This document shows positions 59,887 through 64,000 of a DNA stretch of 64,000 bases, one piece after another. Position numbers and translations under genes: made by a program. Source of the stretch: Candidatus Uhrbacteria bacterium (lineage in GTDB: Bacteria > Patescibacteriota > Patescibacteriia > JACQRZ01); contig JACPHV010000021.1 of assembly GCA_016188385.1 (NCBI GenBank), positions 2,649 to 66,648 of the forward strand, in the 5' to 3' direction. Every line of letters begins with the position of its first letter. Within the stretch, counting starts at the first letter, position 1. The notes under the pieces were generated by a model that did not search any database, was not told the origin of the DNA, and saw only the letters and a list, made by a program, of their open reading frames with translations.

Positions 59887-62800
59887 TTATTGTTGCGAAC
59901 CGTCGGACACAGGGGGTGGCGGCTGCGAAGTCGCTGCTTTTGGTTCCAGCGGGATATTGATTTTTACGATGGCTTTATCTTTTGAGATTTTTATCGTGCC
60001 TCCTGCGTACACGTTTTTATATTTCTTGATTTTCACTTGCGCGGCCGGAGGAAACGAGTACCGATCCTTTGCTACTTGCAGGAGATACTCTCCGGCTGGC
60101 GCGAGAAAATTAAACCTGCCGACATAATCAGTGAGTCTCTGCCGCAAAAGCTTCTTGGAATCCGCATTGAAGATGCTGATCGCCGCAAGCGGGATCGGCT
60201 CAAGTGAAAGCGCGTCAAATACAACACCCCATGGCTTTTCAAATCTGTGCATCAGGGCAATCTGATACAAAGCGAACGCATAGGTGACAGCAAGTAAAAT
60301 CACATTAAACGGCTCGGGCGTGTAAATCGCGAGCAACGCGCTGATCGTGAGATTGGCTATGAGTGTAATGCGGGAATACTTTGTGACGCCTCCGAATAAC
60401 TTTTGCAACAGACCCGTTCTTGCTTCTTCCGGCGCGGGAGGATCAATCGGAACATTAAGAGTAATGGACTCATCCGCCTTGGAAAGAATGACAGACGCGC
60501 CGCGATAGATGTTCGCATACTCGCCATCGGTTGCGCCGGCAACCAATGCGGAAGGAAAAATGAAGGGCGGCTTTTTCACATCAACGGTATACTCTCCGGG
60601 CTTGAGAAGAAAGCTGAATCTGCCTTCTTTGTCCGTAACTTGTGTTTCGACGAGTTTCTTTTCCTTGTCAAACAAACGAACGATGGCAAGATCTACGGGC
60701 TGTTTGGAGATCGCGTTATACACCACGCCCCATGGTTTGCGGCGTTTTCGCAACCCGACCCATGTAAGAAGCATGGATATGAGATGGTGGAGGTAGTGAT
60801 ACCAATTCAACGCGCTTGTATAAAGCGTTGGGTTTACCGCGGTGACAACCGGAACAGAAACGACGACTGTACTTTGCAGTATCGGTTTTGTATCCTTCAC
60901 TGTTTCTTTTACAGTCTCGTTTACTACCACGGCTGCCTCCCGAATCTGTTGCGCGGCTTTTTGCACGCGCGGCAACAACGCTGCTTGCAGCTTACCCGTT
61001 ACGACAGTCTCCAATTCGATGACTTGCACCTGATCGTCCGTATACACAATCTTGATCACTACTTGCTGCGTACCGCGTTTTTCCGGCGTACGTATCGTTA
61101 CCGCGTAGCAGTCCCTTTCTTTTTCATACGACAGCGCGTGTTTTTTATCGCCGATAAACAGCGACATTTTCTTTACAGGCTTTACAAATGTGTTTGCCGG
61201 AATGCAGAGAGAAATTTCCGTGTCAGGCGTGGTATAGATTTTTTTCTCAAAAAATGGCACTTCTTCTTTTGTGGCGAAATCCTCCAGTGAAAGGGATTCC
61301 GTACGGATCTCTGATTCTTCTTTTGTCAGAATCTCTGTCGGCAAGACATAGATCTGTGTCGGTTTTGCGTCAGGCAATCGATCGCCGAGCACGGCAAACG
61401 CCGAGAAATGATTGATCGTTGACGTTGCGCAACGGGTCGTAGTATCCCAACTCGTTGTTTCCGGACGAATGCCATCAATCGGATCGAAGGAGTACGTGCG
61501 AAGCGTGGTGATGTCTATACCTTTAAGTTCTTTTTCCGTAAAGCAGAATTTTATCGGAATGGGCTGCGCAAGTTCGGATACGGCGGTATCGGCTTTGTTT
61601 TCCGGATTCAGACGCTCGGCTCGGATGAAAAACGCCTTGTTGCCCACTACCGCTTTTTCTGAAAGCTGCGGGCCCGGGATTTGCGAATTGAGCCACCACT
61701 GCGCCATTTGGATCGGTTGGGCTGATATCTCCGTGCGAAATCCGAATGGAGCGTCTGATACCGTATCGGAACTCAACAAAGCCTGCGCGAGAACGCGCGA
61801 ATCAACTTCATACGCTACATCAACGATCGTGGGTTCGCCCGGTGCCTTTGATGGCGGCACTCCAATACCGCCGCTTGCCGCGGGTGCCGATACAGGAGCA
61901 GTCGCTGCGATCACTGTTGACTTTGCGGGCGGCAGTGTTTCGACTACCGCATCTTCGCTTAATTTTTGAGGGACAAAAATGCGCGGAGGCTGACGAGACG
62001 AACGATCCTCGCCGTTTGTAATAGAGGAAAGTTCGACTAGGGGAGCATTAATCACATTGTAATTTGTCAAAGCGCTTACCGCGACACTGGAAGGAGAAAC
62101 ATTCCCCGATGAATCATAAGAGCGGATCACAACATAATATTGCGTCGCTCCTTTCAATCCCTGCAGTGTGTACGACTCTTGCACGCCCGGCGGAAGAGGC
62201 GTTGGCGGCGGAGGCGCGACAAGCGCTGTGAACCATTCGGATTCGGTCGTAATCGGAAAAGTGCTATAGCGTATCTCGTAACGTGCTGCGCTGCGAATAG
62301 CTCCTGTACCGTCCGTATCAGAAGGAGCGATCCATGAGATAGTCGCCGTAGTATCAGAAACTGATCGGAGCGCTATTTGGGACACGGCTGTCGGCGCGCT
62401 CGTATCCGCCGGCTGTTGTCCTTGTTTCTCCTCCGCTGGTTTCTCTTCAGCTGGCGGCGGAGAAGGATTGGCTATTGCCTGCATCTCGTCAGACGCAGTG
62501 CCGCCCTTACCGTCTGCTCCGGTGAGACGCAAGACGTAGGTGCCTGCTTGAGAAAATGCCGCGGTTGTGTCTATTGCCTGCGCGTTGCCAAAAGTCACCG
62601 CGCCGGGACCTGATACTTTTGACCATGTAACGGAAACAAGATCGCCATCAGGATCCGACACTGTCGCATCAAGAACCGCGGCGCTTGGAAGATTCAATGT
62701 AAGGTCGGCGCCGGCATTCACGGATGGCGCGCGATTGGCAGTTTTGACAGTAATGATCGCGTCGTCAGACGCAGTGCCGCCCTTACCGTCTGCTCCGGTG

Positions 62801-63744
62801 AGACGCAAGACGTAGGTGCCTGCTTGAGAAAATGCCGCGTTGGTAGTCAGAGCGGAAGACGCGCTGAACGTGATCGTGCCGGGACCGGAAACCTTGGACC
62901 AGCTGACCGTAACAGTATCTCCGTCAGGATCACTCGCGCTGCCGGTAAGATTCGCTTGGGCGGGTAGCGTGATCGTACGGTCCGCGCCGGCATTCACGGA
63001 TGGCGCGCGATTGGCAGGAGGCGATGTTTGCTGTTGTTCTGTCGGAGGGGTAGTTGTTGCCTGCTGGCTTGGCGTTGCGGAGCCTTCTGATGTTGTCGAT
63101 GTCTCGGGGGCTGATGCAGGTTCAGACGCAGCAGGCGCCGGTGCCGGTGCCGCGCTACCTCCTCCCGTACCGCCGGTACCTGCCGGCGCACCGGAAACAC
63201 TCGCGGTGAATGCCCCGATACTTATACTGATTAAACCAACATCCGTACCGGAAACAATGGAAATCAAACGGCTGCCCGAAGCAGTGCTATTTTTCATTTG
63301 TCTGGTACCAGTCGCGCCTGAAGTCGAATGCGTACCAATACGGATCGTCACCGTTGATCCTGCTGAAATAAGATTTGAAACTACCGGGGCTTCCAATTCT
63401 ATCAATCGCGAAGCGGGTGTAAATGTGACGCCCCACGTACTTTCATCAGAAACAGCGGCAAGAGGCAACTGCGAACCGCCTGACAGCAAATCAAGGTCAT
63501 CTACCGTGATCGAATTCAAGCTGCTGACCGCATCGGAAAGATACAATGAAATCGTACCTGTCCCTCCAACGCCGGACGCGGAGCGAAAACTAATGGTATA
63601 GTTGGCAGACGCGCTCGCTGTATGATCCGTCAATGTAGCGTTCATGCTCGAGAGTCGCGCCGCATCAACTGCCGAAGTAAGAAATACAGCGTTGCCGACA
63701 AGTGCGGTGAGTAAAAATATAAAAAACCGGCATCTATTTTTCAT
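59887..63744 (-). CDS. Giant (1285 aa) surface protein with two PKD/Ig-like repeats, an Fn3 domain, TM segments and carboxypeptidase-regulatory-like (CarbopepD_reg) domains
   Basis: Signal peptide. A duplicated RAPSVNAGAD...SDPDGD...VSWSKVSGPG module. Fn3-like IRYS...YYVVIRSYDSSGNVS. Ser/Thr/Pro/Ala-rich linkers. Two GEYTVDV / GEYLLQV beta-sandwich domains separated by TM helices. Confidence 0.65.
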   Translation of the reverse strand: MKNRCRFFIFLLTALVGNAVFLTSAVDAARLSSMNATLTDHTASASANYTISFRSASGVGGTGTISLYLSDAVSSLNSITVDDLDLLSGGSQLPLAAVSDESTWGVTFTPASRLIELEAPVVSNLISAGSTVTIRIGTHSTSGATGTRQMKNSTASGSRLISIVSGTDVGLISISIGAFTASVSGAPAGTGGTGGGSAAPAPAPAASEPASAPETSTTSEGSATPSQQATTTPPTEQQQTSPPANRAPSVNAGADRTITLPAQANLTGSASDPDGDTVTVSWSKVSGPGTITFSASSALTTNAAFSQAGTYVLRLTGADGKGGTASDDAIITVKTANRAPSVNAGADLTLNLPSAAVLDATVSDPDGDLVSVTWSKVSGPGAVTFGNAQAIDTTAAFSQAGTYVLRLTGADGKGGTASDEMQAIANPSPPPAEEKPAEEKQGQQPADTSAPTAVSQIALRSVSDTTATISWIAPSDTDGTGAIRSAARYEIRYSTFPITTESEWFTALVAPPPPTPLPPGVQESYTLQGLKGATQYYVVIRSYDSSGNVSPSSVAVSALTNYNVINAPLVELSSITNGEDRSSRQPPRIFVPQKLSEDAVVETLPPAKSTVIAATAPVSAPAASGGIGVPPSKAPGEPTIVDVAYEVDSRVLAQALLSSDTVSDAPFGFRTEISAQPIQMAQWWLNSQIPGPQLSEKAVVGNKAFFIRAERLNPENKADTAVSELAQPIPIKFCFTEKELKGIDITTLRTYSFDPIDGIRPETTSWDTTTRCATSTINHFSAFAVLGDRLPDAKPTQIYVLPTEILTKEESEIRTESLSLEDFATKEEVPFFEKKIYTTPDTEISLCIPANTFVKPVKKMSLFIGDKKHALSYEKERDCYAVTIRTPEKRGTQQVVIKIVYTDDQVQVIELETVVTGKLQAALLPRVQKAAQQIREAAVVVNETVKETVKDTKPILQSTVVVSVPVVTAVNPTLYTSALNWYHYLHHLISMLLTWVGLRKRRKPWGVVYNAISKQPVDLAIVRLFDKEKKLVETQVTDKEGRFSFLLKPGEYTVDVKKPPFIFPSALVAGATDGEYANIYRGASVILSKADESITLNVPIDPPAPEEARTGLLQKLFGGVTKYSRITLIANLTISALLAIYTPEPFNVILLAVTYAFALYQIALMHRFEKPWGVVFDALSLEPIPLAAISIFNADSKKLLRQRLTDYVGRFNFLAPAGEYLLQVAKDRYSFPPAAQVKIKKYKNVYAGGTIKISKDKAIVKINIPLEPKAATSQPPPPVSDGSQQ

Positions 63745-63989
63745 ACGCGCTTTGTATCCTTTATGGGCAGGGCGTTTTTAATCAGAAGGATGCATACTAT
63801 GATAAGAATCACTGCGATAAAGACCCACATCACAACGATCGGGATCGGCATAACTCGAAACGCAAACTCCGCGTGAAGTTTTTTTGCGTTTTCTTCCCCG
63901 TAGGTAAGATCGAGGACGGCAGTGTAGTCCCCAAAAGTGAAACCGGCATCCCATACGGTGTCAAACCGACGAATATCTCCTCCAGGCAA
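63741..63989 (-). CDS. Small membrane protein (hypothetical)
   Basis: A single TM helix IPIVVMWVFIAVILIIVCILLI. An ATGA overlap with the downstream giant gene is present. It may extend beyond the window. Confidence 0.3.
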   Translation of the reverse strand: MPGGDIRRFDTVWDAGFTFGDYTAVLDLTYGEENAKKLHAEFAFRVMPIPIVVMWVFIAVILIIVCILLIKNALPIKDTKRV

Positions 63990-64000
63990 AATCGCTGATG

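Noticed and set aside
1-64000. CRISPR arrays, integrase/transposase genes, rRNA genes
   Set aside because: No regularly spaced direct repeats, no integrase/recombinase/transposase-like ORFs and no rRNA-like conserved stretches were seen on either strand. The only interspersed repeat is the ~171 bp MITE-like element.

Overview
Reading the ORF track and sequence by eye, this 64 kb window looks like a small-genome, Patescibacteria/CPR-like bacterium. That call is an inference from a minimal metabolic repertoire, many large secreted LTD/PKD/Fn3 surface proteins, a PF09826-type beta-propeller protein, a split transketolase, a membrane H+-pyrophosphatase and a PilB ATPase.

Core content:
- A pentose-phosphate operon on the minus strand (zwf-tkt-tal), with tal truncated at the window edge.
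- A second pentose-phosphate cluster on the plus strand (rpiB-rpe-GT2-tktN ... tktC).
- A complete pyrimidine operon (carA-carB-pyrB-pyrI-x-pyrC) plus pyrE and a pyrD-like gene.
- An nrdD-nrdG class III ribonucleotide reductase pair, an OtsA-OtsB fusion, ftsH, rpsA, hppA, nusA, pilB, an M48 protease, a DsbA/DsbB-like pair and one tRNA-Leu(UAA).

Observations worth a second look:
1. A ~171 bp MITE-like element with 17 bp terminal inverted repeats and nested internal palindromes. Two full copies lie in opposite orientation 42 kb apart, plus one half-copy. One full copy has overwritten the 3' end of a HAD hydrolase gene.
2. A low-GC ~2.3 kb insertion splits the tktN/tktC pair. It carries a NYN nuclease-domain gene and a membrane protein with a lytic-transglycosylase-like motif. 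A diverged second copy of the tktN 3' end is left as a footprint.
3. A fused ATP-grasp (RimK-like) plus QEGLA/DUF1704 (HExxH) protein is operonic with a signal-peptide/PKD/7TM protein and DsbA/DsbB-like genes. This is a candidate peptide- or metabolite-modification system.
4. The glycyl-radical motif of NrdD sits in a different reading frame.
5. A sigma-70 homologue carries two extra N-terminal region-4-like HTH modules inside a GC-rich block.
6. A degenerate duplicate of the tRNA-Leu 3' end lies ~165 nt downstream of the tRNA, flanking a GC-rich structured segment.

No CRISPR array, integrase or transposase gene was seen. One base of the displayed text near 59580 disagrees with the supplied ORF track, so coordinates there follow the track.
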